64,000 bases of DNA, taken from contig OY740814.1 in NCBI GenBank assembly GCA_963514005.1, positions 1,488,001 through 1,552,000 on the forward strand, given 5' to 3'. The stretch comes from Raja brachyura (lineage: Eukaryota). The position numbers were made by a program, and so were the translations under genes. Each line of letters begins with the position of its first letter. Position 1 is the first letter of the stretch. Below, one piece after another: positions 25,740 to 37,292 of this stretch. The notes beneath the pieces were generated by a model. It saw only the letters and a program-made list of their open reading frames with translations. It ran no database searches and was not told the origin of the DNA.

Positions 25740-26373
25740 ACTTTAGATACAGTGTGAGAACATGTCCTCCAGCCCACCGAGTCTGTGTGGATCAGCGATC
25801 ACCCCATACACTAGCTCTATCCCACATCTGGGGACAATGTACAGAAGCTTCACTGTGGGCAGCACGATGGCGCGACGGTAGTGTTGCTGCCTTACAGCGC
25901 TCACAGCACCAGAGACCCGGGTTCGATCCTGACCACAGGTGCTGTCTGTACGGAGTTTGTACGTTCTCCCCGTGACCTGCGCGGATTTTCTCCGAGATGT
26001 TAGGTTTCCTCCCACACTCCAAAGACATACAGGTTTGTAGGTTATTTGGCTTGGTGTAAATGTAAATTGTCCCGAGTGTGCAGGATAGTGTTAGTGTGTG
26101 GGGATCGCTGGTCGGCGCAGGCTCGGTGGGTTGAAGGGCCTGTTTCCGCGCTGTTTCTTGAAATCTAAAAAAATTTTACAATTTTAACCGAAGCCAATTA
26201 ACCTGCAAACATGCACGTCTTTGGAGTGTGGGAGGAATCCTAAGCACTGGTGAAAACACGCGTGGGTCACATGGAGAACGTACAAACTCCATACAGACAG
26301 CACCCACGGTCAGGATCGAACCCAGGTCCCTGGCGCTACGAGGCAGCAACACTACCACTACACCACCGTGTCA
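25740..26373. mobile_element. Cluster of three V-SINE pieces in -/+/- orientation
   Basis: 25740-25850 minus-strand 3' end, 25857-26165 full plus-strand copy, 26176-26373 minus-strand 5' part. Confidence 0.85.
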
Positions 26374-27068
26374 CCCTTGAGTCTGTCCTGTTTGCATGAA
26401 GTACCATGCAGGATATCGGACAGACCCTGCAAAACCTAAAGAGATGGCACAACTGCTGTAGTGAGCAAAGTGCAGCCAGAGGAACGGCTGACCTTGTTGC
26501 AGGACCCCAACCAAACCATGACAACCATGAAAACCCACAGATCAAGTGGTGAAATGAGCCAGCTGTGTATTCCATGAAACCTGCTGTACTGGTGGGCATT
26601 GGCTGGCCTTCACTCTGCAACCATTATGTTCAGAGACCTACATCATCACCCAGCCCAGAGGCTTTGTGTGCCTTGGCCAGTAAACTGGAAAGGATAGTCA
26701 ACAAATCCCATTTTGTTCTTCATTCTGCACAGCCCCGGAAATGTATTGTGTGGGAAGGAACTGCAGATGCTGGTTTAAACCGAAGATAGACACAAAGTGC
26801 TGGAGTAACTCAGCGGGACAGGCAGCGTCGCTGGAGAGAAGGATTGGGTGACGTTTCAGGTCAAGGCCCTTCTTTAGACTGTTCTTTGCCTTTGATTGTA
26901 CAACTCAATTTTTAAGTTACTATTTAATCTACTTGCAGCAGCCTCTCCGGTACAGGAACATTACAATCTACTGCATGAAGACATCTTGTTTTCACATCAT
27001 GTTCCTTTCAGCTTCTATCCATCATCTATCCATGCTGTATGACTCTATGACCAAGGTCACCTCAAGGG

Positions 27069-27290
27069 GATAGACACAAATGCTGGAGTAACTCAACGGG
27101 ACAGGTAACATGACTTGCAACGAGGAATGGGTTAAGTTTCTGGTTGAGACCCGTCTTCAGTCTGAAGAAGGCTCTTGACCCGAAATGTCACCCATTCCAT
27201 CTCTCCAGAGATGCTGCCTGTCCCACTGAGTTACTCCAGCATTTTGTGTCTATCTTCGGTGTAAACCAGCATCTGCAGTTCCTTCAAACA
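27069..27290. mobile_element. Penelope-derived palindrome (solo arm also at 26748-26880)
   Basis: Arms meet at ...tcttcag|tctgaaga... Confidence 0.85.
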
Positions 27291-27632
27291 CATCTCCTGA
27301 AGAAGCATTGAGTTTGGTCAATAAATGCTGGTTTTGCCAACAATACACACATCACAATTAGACGAGTGACTGTCTAAGTCAAGAAAGCCCCACACCATAA
27401 ATGCCAAGCTGATTGGTTCGATGTTCAAAAATAACATAATGCAGATGCTGGAAATCAGAAATAAATACAGACATTGCTCGAAATACCCAGTAGGTCAAGC
27501 AGCAACTACAGAGAGCCAAGAAAGTTGACTTTACCGGTCAGTAGCCTTTCTCCAGAACACAAAAATAGAAATTAGTTTTAAACTGGAAAGAAAATGAGAG
27601 GGAAAGTGAAAGCAAAAGCAATGTTATCTCAT

Positions 27633-28000
27633 ACCCCCCTCCCCCCCCCACCCCCCCACCCCCAGTCTCCACCCCCTCCCCACCCCCAGTCTCCACCCTC
27701 CCACAACATCTCTCACTCCCACCCACCCCACTCCCCCTCTCCCACTACCCCCTCCCCACTCACCCCCTCCCCACTAACCCCCCTCCCCACTCACCCCCCT
27801 CCCCCACTCACCCCCTCCTTTCACTCTCTCTCTGCCTGTTCCCCCCCACTAACCCCCTCCCCCACTCACCCCCTCCCCACTCACCCCCTCCTTTCACTCT
27901 CCCTGTTCCCCCTCCCATTCTGCCCCCCCCTCTCCCTGCTCCCACACTCCCCCCACTCTCTCTCTCTCTGCCCCCCCCCCCCTCTGCTCTCTCTCTCCCC
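27633..28000. repeat. C-rich low-complexity / degenerate (CCCCTCCCCACTCA)n minisatellite
   Basis: Direct inspection. Explains the proline-rich and glycine-rich ORFs here. Confidence 0.9.
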
Positions 28001-28660
28001 TTATTTTCTGCACAGGGTTGTGCACAGATACATCCGTCAAGGCCAGTGGTGACTGTAACCATCCATCATGTATTTATGATGTTTTATTATGGACATATCT
28101 TCATGATGTGTGCACACACGTGCAGAGTCGCTGCAGAGACTGAGATAAAACACGTTGTGCCCACTCTAGCAGCTCCCCCTGTTTCTCTAACACTCATTTA
28201 TATTCCTGGCAATGTTCACATTAGGAACTCACGCATGCACTCTAAACCGAAGGAGCTTGAATGATTAAGACCAAAGTCTTCAGTGTTTATCACCATTTTG
28301 TTTTCTGTTAGTAACGAGCTCAATCGCACTTGGACTGGGAAATGCTGTCTTTACACTTCTTTGTCATAAACCCCCCCCCCCTCGGGACAGATAAATCCTC
28401 CTTTCATCACCACCCTTCTTGCTTTCAAACTCTCCATTCAGAAGATAATAATACTATAGATAGTAATTCATTCAGATAGAAACATCTTTGGATCCAAACA
28501 CATTTCATCATTGAGTCAATGATGTGCAGAACACAGATTTAATGTGCAGCAAGGAACTGCAGATGCTGGTTTACACCAAAGACAGACACAAAAAGCTGGA
28601 GTAACTCAGCGGGACAGGCAGCATCTCTGTAGAGAAGGAATGGTTGACGTTTCGAGTCGT

Positions 28661-29005
28661 TGTGGCTATCCCTTGAGGTCGAGGCTGATGGTCTACGTTC
28701 TGTTGTTTTTATGGACTCTCAGGTGGCTTATGAGTCCAATCCTGCCGTTGCAAGTTCTTCAACATTCAGGACAGGTAATTCCAGGCGGCAGATCGGGCTG
28801 CGGTTGTTGCTGCCTCTCTTTCCGTTTTCTTCTCTTTCCTTCTAATTCTACGCATCTCTCGGCTTCGAAGGTCGCTGTTCCTTCTTGGATGATGTTCGCC
28901 AGAGTTTCCTGTCCTTGGCATTAGTTTCCCAATTGTCGATGTCGATTGCACATTTCTTCATGCTGGCTTTTAAGAGTCTTTGTATCTCCTCTTTTGTCCG
29001 CCTAG
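28661..29005 (-). mobile_element. RTE-clade LINE 3' fragment
   Basis: The minus strand encodes, with frameshifts, GGQKRRYKD.LKASMKKCAIDIDNWETNAKDRKLWR and a terminal CPEC..TC..RIGLISHLRVH zinc knuckle typical of RTE elements. Confidence 0.78.
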
Positions 29006-29066
29006 TTTAAGCTGGGATACCAATGCCAAGGACAGGAAACGTTGGCGTCTCCTGTATTTAGTTCAG

Positions 29067-29330
29067 TGCTACAGCACGGAAACACCCACCTAGTCCACGC
29101 AGGCCAATGATCACCCACATACTAGTTCTATCCTGCACTCTAGGGACAATTTACAGAAGCCAATTAACCGGCAAACTTGCACATCTTTGGGATCTGGGAG
29201 GAAACCGGAACACCTGGAGGAAACCCACATGGTCACAGGGTGAAGGTACAAACTGCATACAGACAGCACCCGTCGTCAGGATGGAACCCATGTCTCTGGC
29301 GCTGTGAAGCAGCAACTCTACCACTGTGCC
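29067..29330 (-). mobile_element. V-SINE
   Basis: Reverse complement of the family consensus. Confidence 0.82.
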
Positions 29331-30369
29331 AGTGATGAGATTACATCCTGAAAGAACATTTATGAACGCCAGCTCTAGCTGCACAAATGGACCATGATCA
29401 CTGCCAGAGGATAGGTTGAGAATGATCTTTTATTTCCATCAAAATGTGCTGCAACAAAAGGCCGCCTCAACAAGTAGACATTGTGTCATTGCCACCACGG
29501 GGAGAGCAGTGCCGTTCCTGCCAAACTCACTGTACACTCAGGGATCGCAATCGTATCTTGTTGATGTTGGTCACAGCATTGAGAAGCGAGCACACAGAAC
29601 CATGCACACATATAATGTGTGATGCCTTGTAACATTGAGGACTGGCAACCCCTCTGTAATTCACCACCGATAGCTGAAACGGAATCTGTCGTAATAGCCT
29701 GCTCCAGCAAACAATGTATCCATGGCTTATATAATGTACAGTTCCATTCATGAGTGTTGCAGTGTTTGCCAATAGATTTCCACATGGGATAACATGGCAC
29801 ACACAATGACAGGTAAAGTTTAGCTTCGGCAGCTGTGGGTTTCACTAATGAATAACACTCAAACAGGTCCCACAACATTCTTCTCAGATCTCCCCACTCC
29901 AAACTCCCCTCCTCAACTGCTCTTTCACTGCCTCGTCTCCTTGCTCCTGACTAAAGACTATGGTTTCTTAATGTTGAAACGTAGAAACAAGGAACCGCAG
30001 ATGCTGGTTAATACACAAAAGGACACAGAGTGCTGGAGTAACTCAGTGGGTCAGGCAGCATCTGTGGAGAACATGGATAGGTGACGTTTCGGGTCGAGGC
30101 CCTACTTCAGACTCAACTGGGGTGAAGGAGCCATCTTTGGCACAAGGGGGGAAACCATGTTTTTTAATTTTTAATATTTTACCACTTTGCCGTGGTGATT
30201 CTGGTTCCTCCTGAACCTTTGTGGATTAGAACTTCCCATAGCAAGTGTTGTATTTTCAAAGGTCTATCATCTCTCTGCAATCACATTAGACCAAGCAGCT
30301 CTGGATAGATATGATTGTCTTTGGTAATCACCAAGATGCCTTGAATAATACAACAATATATAGCCAGTC

Positions 30370-30710
30370 TCACCCTGGTCACTCCCTCTTCCCCGGTCTG
30401 GCAAAGATACAGAAGTTTGAAACTGCACACCTCCAGATTCAGGGACAGTTTCTTCACAGCTGTTATCAGACAACTGAACCGTCCTCTCATCAGCTAGAGC
30501 ATGGTCCTCACCTCCCATCTACCTCCTTGGAAAACTTTGAACTCCTATAAATTGGACTATCTTGCACCAAATGCTGTCCCCTTTGTCCTTTACCTGCACA
30601 CAGTGGATGAGATTATTGGCACCATGTTGAGACTCGTCTTTGACTGGATAACACGCAATAAAAAGGCTTTTAACTGTGTCTCAGTAGATGAGGCAACAGC
30701 GGTAAACTGA
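30370..30710 (+). mobile_element. Rex1-like LINE 3' fragment
   Basis: SHPGHSLF..GKRYRSLKLHTSRFRDSFFTAVIRQLN followed by the 3' UTR and tail. Confidence 0.78.
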
Positions 30711-31209
30711 AGTAAACTTGATATCCCCATGATGCCATCCAAAGCCAGAAAGTATTCCTCTTCTGGGATTGTCATCTCACACCCAGATGAACACAAATAA
30801 ACAAGCTCGTCATTTTCTGAGACTTCTTTATGACATAGAAGCTCTGTCCATCAAATTTATCCACCCCCACACCCCATTTACTTTAGTTACCCATTTCCCT
30901 CTCTTGTCCTTTAACACCCACCCTAAATCCCCTCGCACCCACCTCCAGTGTACATTGGCCAGTGAACCTACCCACCACCTCATCATGAGGATGTGGCTTT
31001 TCACTGTACCTCGGTACATGTGACAATGAACTAAACTGAGAATGGGAACACCCAGGCGAAACACAAGGTCACGGAGAGACGATGAACACAGACATGGACG
31101 TGGCAGTGTGTGGTAGCAGCACTCCCTGTAACACCGCTTCTCAATCCACTGTGCTTCCTTCAAATTATCTGATCATGTATTCTTAACAACCAGCTACTTC
31201 ACTTTGTTG

Positions 31210-31405
31210 TGTGGGAAGGAACCTGGTTTCAACCAAAGATAGACACTAAATGCTGGAGAAACTCAGCGGGACGGGCAGTATCTCTGGATAGAAGGAATGG
31301 GTGATGTTTCGGGTGAAGAAGGGCCTTGACCTGAAACATCACCCATTCCTTCTCTCCAGAGATGCTGCCTTTCCACGCTGAGTTACTCCAGCATTTAGTG
31401 TCTCT
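31210..31405. mobile_element. Penelope-derived palindrome with 13-bp TSD
   Basis: cttcactttgttg at 31197-31209 and 31406-31418. Confidence 0.85.
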
Positions 31406-31651
31406 CTTCACTTTGTTGGATGATTTCAAAGTACCGGTTCAAATATATCAAACTGTCAGTAGTCTGTTGGTGTTACATGAGACGGGAAGATCATCTTTTA
31501 TTGATAAATGTCATCATGAGCTCTGAACAAAAATGCATAAGAAGCAAGTCCACCAGCTCGGTGTGAATTCCCCCCGCTGCAAGAGGAACACAACAGAATA
31601 ACGGTAATACACATGTGATTGTTCATCAGATGCTTTTAATTCAGAACTTAC

Positions 31652-31697
31652 CACATTGCTGCAGGTTCTGTATCTAATGTTCCTCCCTTCACATCGC
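31652..31697 (-). CDS. ADAMTSL3: ADAMTS-like protein coding exon (46 bp), end of TSP1 repeat 1
   Basis: tgttctctcttag|G CGA TGT GAA GGG AGG AAC ATT AGA TAC AGA ACC TGC AGC AAT GTG|gtaagt = RCEGRNIRYRTCSNV. The first base completes the AG-G Arg codon of the previous exon. Phase 0 out. Confidence 0.92.
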
Positions 31698-33048
31698 CTA
31701 AGAGAGAACAAATAAAAAACGCTGATGTAAAGAGCAGGTTTTAACATAAAACAAAACCGGTGAAACGCTTCACAAAAGCTCCCGTTATAAAATGAATTAT
31801 CGTAGGTGCCCGATTGAACAAAGGAAGCGTTCAATGGTCAAAATCTATTAATCCCTGATAAATTTAAAACACTCCTCACGACTAACAAATTTGGGTCTTC
31901 AGCCAAGATCATAAGCTTAGTGAAGCAAATTAAATCATTTTTGACAAGGGCTTTAGCTCTGGTTCTGAATCAAGCGAAATTTTACTTCACCTGTCAAAAC
32001 ATTAGTAGAAAATACCTGCCAGGGTTTAGGTATAATGAAACTAGTCATCGAGTGAAGCCCCACAGTGCAAGCACAAACACAGGTCAACCTTCAAAGACCA
32101 AGCACAATTTTGTTTAAATATTTCCTACAACTATCATAATCAAATGCTCACAAGCAAAATAAAACTCTCTTCTCTGCTAATGTCTTTTCCAAAAATAAAT
32201 CTGTTATCAAGAATTAAGCAGCCAAGATGAGCATGCAGTGGAATATATGAGTTACAGGTTTATTGTGTAACCATTGTCCATCTTTTAAGAAGAACTTTGA
32301 CAAAATATCCAGACTGTTCAATGATGAATAATCTGCCCCTTTCTGTTAAATAGTTTATTACACAAGAACCCACTGTTCGTGTTACTCATTAGGCAAGTGG
32401 TCCTTTCATGCTAAAATACTTACAACACATACCTAGTCTTAGAAGCAAGGAAATGTGAAGCCCAGAGTTCACGTCAAACCAAGTACAATAATGCTCTGTA
32501 ACCCTAGTGTAACAAATGTAAACCCAGACAAATACAGAGGGGACCTCTCCATTACTGGCAAGTGTTAAATTAGACAGACCAAGTGTTAAATCAGACCAAG
32601 TTGTCGATGAAACATCCTGATACATTTGGCACTATTTTGATTGCACGCATGTCCAGGTTTGAAAACTCTTCCAGTTGCATGTGATGAATGGGGTTTGGAA
32701 TCGAACGAACATTGTTCAAGACTGAAGGGACTGCAGATGCTGGAATCTTGAGCAAAATACAAACTGCTGGAAGAACTCAGCGGTTCAGGCAGCATCTGTG
32801 GAGGGAATGGACGGGCGATACTTTGGGTCTGGACCATTCCGAAACTTCGTCCGTGTCTGTTTCCCTCCATAGAAACATAGTTAGAGACTTGTCTAAGGAT
32901 GTTTTTGCTGTGTGATTTACCAAGGACTCACTTATTCATCTTAGTCAGAGTCATGGACTGTGACAAGTGGAGTGAACATCGTATCCAACAAGCTGGGTTC
33001 TAATTTATGGAAACCAAAATCTTCTGTCTCATGGGATTTATTACTTGA

Positions 33049-33348
33049 AAGATACAGCATGGAAACAGGCCCTTCGGCCCACTAAGTCCAAACCGACATT
33101 CAATCACTCGTTCACACTAGTTCTATGTAATCCCACATTTTCACATTGGGGGCAATTTACAGAGGCCAATGAACCCCCAAACCCGCCCGTCTTTGGGATG
33201 TGGAAGGAAACCAGAGTACCCGGAGGAAACCCACATGGTCACAGGGAGAACGTGCAAACTCCGTACAGACAGCGCCCAAGGTCAGGATTGAACCCGGGTA
33301 TCTGGCGCTATGAGGCTGCAGCTCTACCCACTGCGCTACCGTGCTGCC
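33049..33348 (-). mobile_element. V-SINE, full length
   Basis: Reverse complement of the family consensus. Confidence 0.85.
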
Positions 33349-33589
33349 TTGTTTCATGAAAGAAGTTCATTAACCATTTTGTCAGGGATGTCAAGGGCAA
33401 TGGGGAGAAGGCAGGAGAATGGGGTTAGGGGGGAGAGATAGATCAGCCATGATTGAATGTTGGAGTAGATCTGATGGGCCGAATGGCCTAATTCTACTAT
33501 CACTTTTGAACAAGAACATCATTTCATGACAGTGGATACCACGTGCTCCAAAAATTAAAAAGTCAATTAAGACCTAATAAATGGCTGAG

Positions 33590-33760
33590 ATTTGCAGGGA
33601 CTTGGTGCAGGGACGTGTTGCAGGGAGTTGGTGCATGGATGGTGCAGGGACGGTGCATGGTCTTGGTGCAGGGAGTTGATGGAGGGATGTGGTGCAGAGA
33701 GTTAGTGCATGATCTTGGTGCATGGACGGTGCAGGGACGTGGAGCAGGGACATGGAGCAG
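33590..33760. repeat. Degenerate (GGTGCAGGGA/GGTGCATGGA)n minisatellite
   Basis: ggtgca recurs about every 11-13 bp. Confidence 0.75.
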
Positions 33761-34407
33761 TGTCTGGAAAAGGTCCAAGACTCCCTGATGGAGAGGGGAA
33801 TCTAACAGAGGTCCTCTCATCTTCCACACTGACCCAGGGAAATTGCCATAATTGGTGCATCATTAATTCTCAAAATGACACTCCAATTATTGCCATGGTT
33901 AGAGTTCTGTAACACTGTATGTATGAGCTCGACTAATTCTCCTCACATTCCCCACTCCCTGACTAATTTGTCTCTGCTGTTTGCTCTGGTGCCAGGAGCC
34001 TTCTGAATGTCCATATAAGTCGGGCTAAGTGTGGTAACAGGCTGCTGGTGATTATAGGGTTCATATGACAGAGCATTTTCTGGTGCTTGCTCATTAGTCA
34101 TCCTGCTGGCAGAATGTTTGAAAGTAGCGTTGGCTCCTTGGTCTTATAATGTGTTTCACGTGGAATGGGTTTGGCTGGGATACAGCAGATGTCACCCGGA
34201 GGAGCAGCTGCCTTATCCACACATGGCTTCCAGATATCATTCCACCCGCAGACTCCAAAAACAGACCTCGAAAATGACCATGGATCATGAAGAGTTTGTG
34301 TTCACCATCGACCTCACCCTTCCTGCATCTCCTCGTTGGCATCTGAGTGGTGGCAGGTGGACCTCCTGCAAGCAGCACACCAGCCCGCACTGCAGCAAGG
34401 TGCCCAA

Positions 34408-34631
34408 GTTATTCCAGCACTCTGTGAAATGTCACCTATCCATGTTCTTCACAGATGCTGCCTGACCCGCTGAGTTACTCCAGCACTCTGTGAAACGTCA
34501 CCTATCCATGTTCTCCACAGATGCTGCCTGACCCGCTGAGTTACTCCAGCACTCTGTGAAACGTCACCTATCCATGTTCTCCACAGACGCTGCCTGACCC
34601 GCTGAGTTACTCCAGCACTCTGTGAAACGTC
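34408..34631. repeat. 66-bp tandem array (about 3.4 units), opposite orientation to 22490
   Basis: Repeating gaaacgtcacctatccatgttctccacagatgctgcctgacccgctgagttactccagcactctgt. Confidence 0.95.
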
Positions 34632-34865
34632 TTACTGCCTTACAGCGCCAGAGACCGAGGTTCAATCCTGACTACAAATTCCGTCTGTATGGAGTTTGCA
34701 CATTCACCCTGTTTCCACGCTGTATCTCTAAATTAAAACTAACTGTTTGTCTTTCCAAAGATGTTTCCTGATGTTAAGCCTACACACGTTGTCTACTCTT
34801 CTGGGTAAAGGGGATCTCTTTGGATCGTTGCACCTCAGCACTATAATAGACAATTCATTAGTGAG

Positions 34866-34994
34866 TTGGAAGGAACTGCAGATGCAGTTACATCGAAGGT
34901 AGACACAAAATGCTGGAGTAACTCAGCGGGACAGGCAGCATCTCTGGAGAGAAGCAATGGGTGACGTTTCGGGTTGAGACTCTTCTTCAGATTG
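34866..34994 (-). mobile_element. Solo Penelope terminal arm with 14-bp TSD
   Basis: aattcattagtgag at 34852-34865 and aattctttagtgag at 34995-35008. Confidence 0.85.
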
Positions 34995-35659
34995 AATTCT
35001 TTAGTGAGACTGAGTTATAGAGTTTAGGAAGCAGGGAATGAATGACTAGGAGGAGGTCAGGAGTGGATGTGGACCATATGAAAGAAGAATCATTCGTTAG
35101 TTCCTGACTGGATGAATCCAATAGCTATATTTCACACTGAATAATTATCTCATTTACCTCAAAACTTTGAGCTGTTTCCTCGTTGCAAATTGCAGCAAAT
35201 TAGCTCTGTTTAATCAATTACATAATTAGAGAATATTATAGATTTGAATGTAATGTTTCTAAAAGGGGAGCAAATGGGACATTTACAAAGCTTCAGGCAG
35301 GTGTCCATCTGGAACTGCAGTTAACTGGACGCCAATGTTCACAAATGTTCATGGATTACTTTCCTACTTTGTAAGTCGAAGCAATTTAAACTCTACCACG
35401 GGTCTCCACTGGGGTTTATTTGGTTTATTTTACCCTCACGGCAGCTTGACTGGACCTCGACACACGTGACACTAATAAACCTGAACTCCAAAGTACACCT
35501 TCTGGGATTTACAAATGGACAAACGCTCATCTTACTAATCTATATCATCTGATTTGTAAAATAGAATATTGCTAAATGTAAGCGTTGAAGAGATGAACAT
35601 TAAAGCTTGCTGTTTAGATCCATTTAGTTTTCAAAATATTCAAAGTTTACTCCATGGGG

Positions 35660-36095
35660 GTGTCACGGTGGTGCAGCGGTAAAGTTGCTGCCTCACAGCA
35701 CCAGAGACCTGGGTCCGATCCCGACTACGGCTGCTGTCTGTACGGAGTTTGCACGTTCTCCCTGTGACCGGGTGGATTTTCTCCGGGTGCTCTGGTTTCC
35801 TCCCACAGTCCATAGACGTGCAGGATTGCAGGTTGTCTGAAGAAGGGTTCTGACCTGAAACGTCACCATTCCTTTTCTCCAGAGATGCTGCCTGACCTGC
35901 TGAGTGACTCCAACATTTTGTGTTTATCTTTGGCATAAACCAGCATCTTCCTACTGGTTTGCAGGTTAATAGGCTTTGGTTAAAAAAAAAATCGTGAATC
36001 GCTCCTAGTGTGTATGACATTGTTAGTGTGCGGGGATCGCTGGATGGTGCGGGCACGGCGGGCCGAAGGGCCTGTTTCCGTGCTGTATCTCTAAA
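35660..36095 (+). mobile_element. V-SINE with nested solo Penelope arm (35835-35955)
   Basis: The insert begins gtctgaagaaggg and ends cttcctact, flanked by ggattgcaggtt and ggtttgcaggtt. Confidence 0.85.
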
Positions 36096-36337
36096 GTCCA
36101 AAGTACTTGAATGGACCACTTGACACGCTGGACAGAAAGGTTGAGCTTGGTACGTCCATTGTAAGCAAACTCCAACACACAGTTACAATACACACAGTTC
36201 TGTGAGTTTGATAAATGTTGATGTATCTGCATTGGTCAATTGGCCTCACTCCCACAACATCGAACAGCAGGAAGGAGGCTAAAGTACAAATATTTCATTT
36301 TCTCTTTGAACCAAGTCACGCTGAGGAAATAGGAAAA

Positions 36338-36576
36338 CAGACTTGTATTTATATCCCACCCTTTACAACCCTGGCACACGTCAAAGCATTTTACAGCGAG
36401 CATTATCTTTAATGTATAATCACTGTGGCAAGGCTGGAGAGAGCGGCCAATTTGTACAAACCAACATCCCACAAAAAGCAATGTGGCTACGATTAGTTCA
36501 ACTGTTTTCGTGACTTTGGCAGAGTAATTACTATCCACAGTGTTGAAACAGTGCCATGGGATATTTTACATCCACT
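36338..36576 (-). mobile_element. Ancient SacSINE1/Deu-SINE-like fragment
   Basis: gacttgtatttatat...caaagcattttacagc...gccaatttg..catcccacaaa..gcaatgtg...gtgccatgggat.ttttacatccac resembles the reverse complement of the shark SacSINE1 3' half (recalled consensus). Confidence 0.6.
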
Positions 36577-36844
36577 TTAAGGGGTTGTTAAGGCCATTCG
36601 ACAAGAACCCTCTGACTAGGATCTGATTCAGAAATAATTTGTTGCTGCCTGGGGCTTCTTAGAAGTACTAATACCAGCGTGCAGCTTTCTAGAAATCAGC
36701 TCTACATATGTTACTTTAACTCGGTTTTTTGTTACAGGTAAATAGAAGCAAGTCTAGGCCAATCGGCCCGTCAAGCCTGCCCCTGAATAATCAGTGACCT
36801 TCCCCTCAGCTATTTAAACCAAAGTTTTCATTTTGATTCCAGAA

Positions 36845-37107
36845 ATACATCATGGAAACAGGTCCACGCCGACCATTGATCACCCGTTCACTAGCTCTAT
36901 CCCAGTTTCACATTCTACACACTCAGGGCAATTTACCTACAAACCTGCACATCATTTGGATGTGGCAGGAAATCGGAGCAACCGGTCTAAAACCCACGCG
37001 GTCACTGGGAGAACAAACTCCATACAGACAGCACCCGTAGTCAGGATCGAACCCACGTCTCGGACACTGTAAGGCAGCAACTCTAGCGCTGCACCACCGT
37101 GCTGCCC
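36845..37107 (-). mobile_element. V-SINE
   Basis: Reverse complement of the family consensus. Confidence 0.82.
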
Positions 37108-37292
37108 TTCTTAGTGAAAGGCCGAGATAAGGTGACTATGGAGAGGATGTTTCCGCTAGTGGGAGAATCTAGGACCAGAGGCCATATCCTCAGAATAAAA
37201 CGTAAACATTAGGAAGAAGTTGAGGAGGAATTTCTTTAGTCAAAGGGTGGAATTCATTGCCACAGAAGGCTGTGGAGGCAAAGTCAATTAAT

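Noticed and set aside
27594-28062. Proline-rich and glycine-rich ORFs
   Set aside because: Translations of a C-rich low-complexity tract.
35640-36119. Recurring 60-160 aa ORFs with shared peptides (e.g. RQQLYRC, TKCWSNSAGQAASLE)
   Set aside because: Translations of V-SINE and Penelope-terminus repeats in varying frames, not a gene family.
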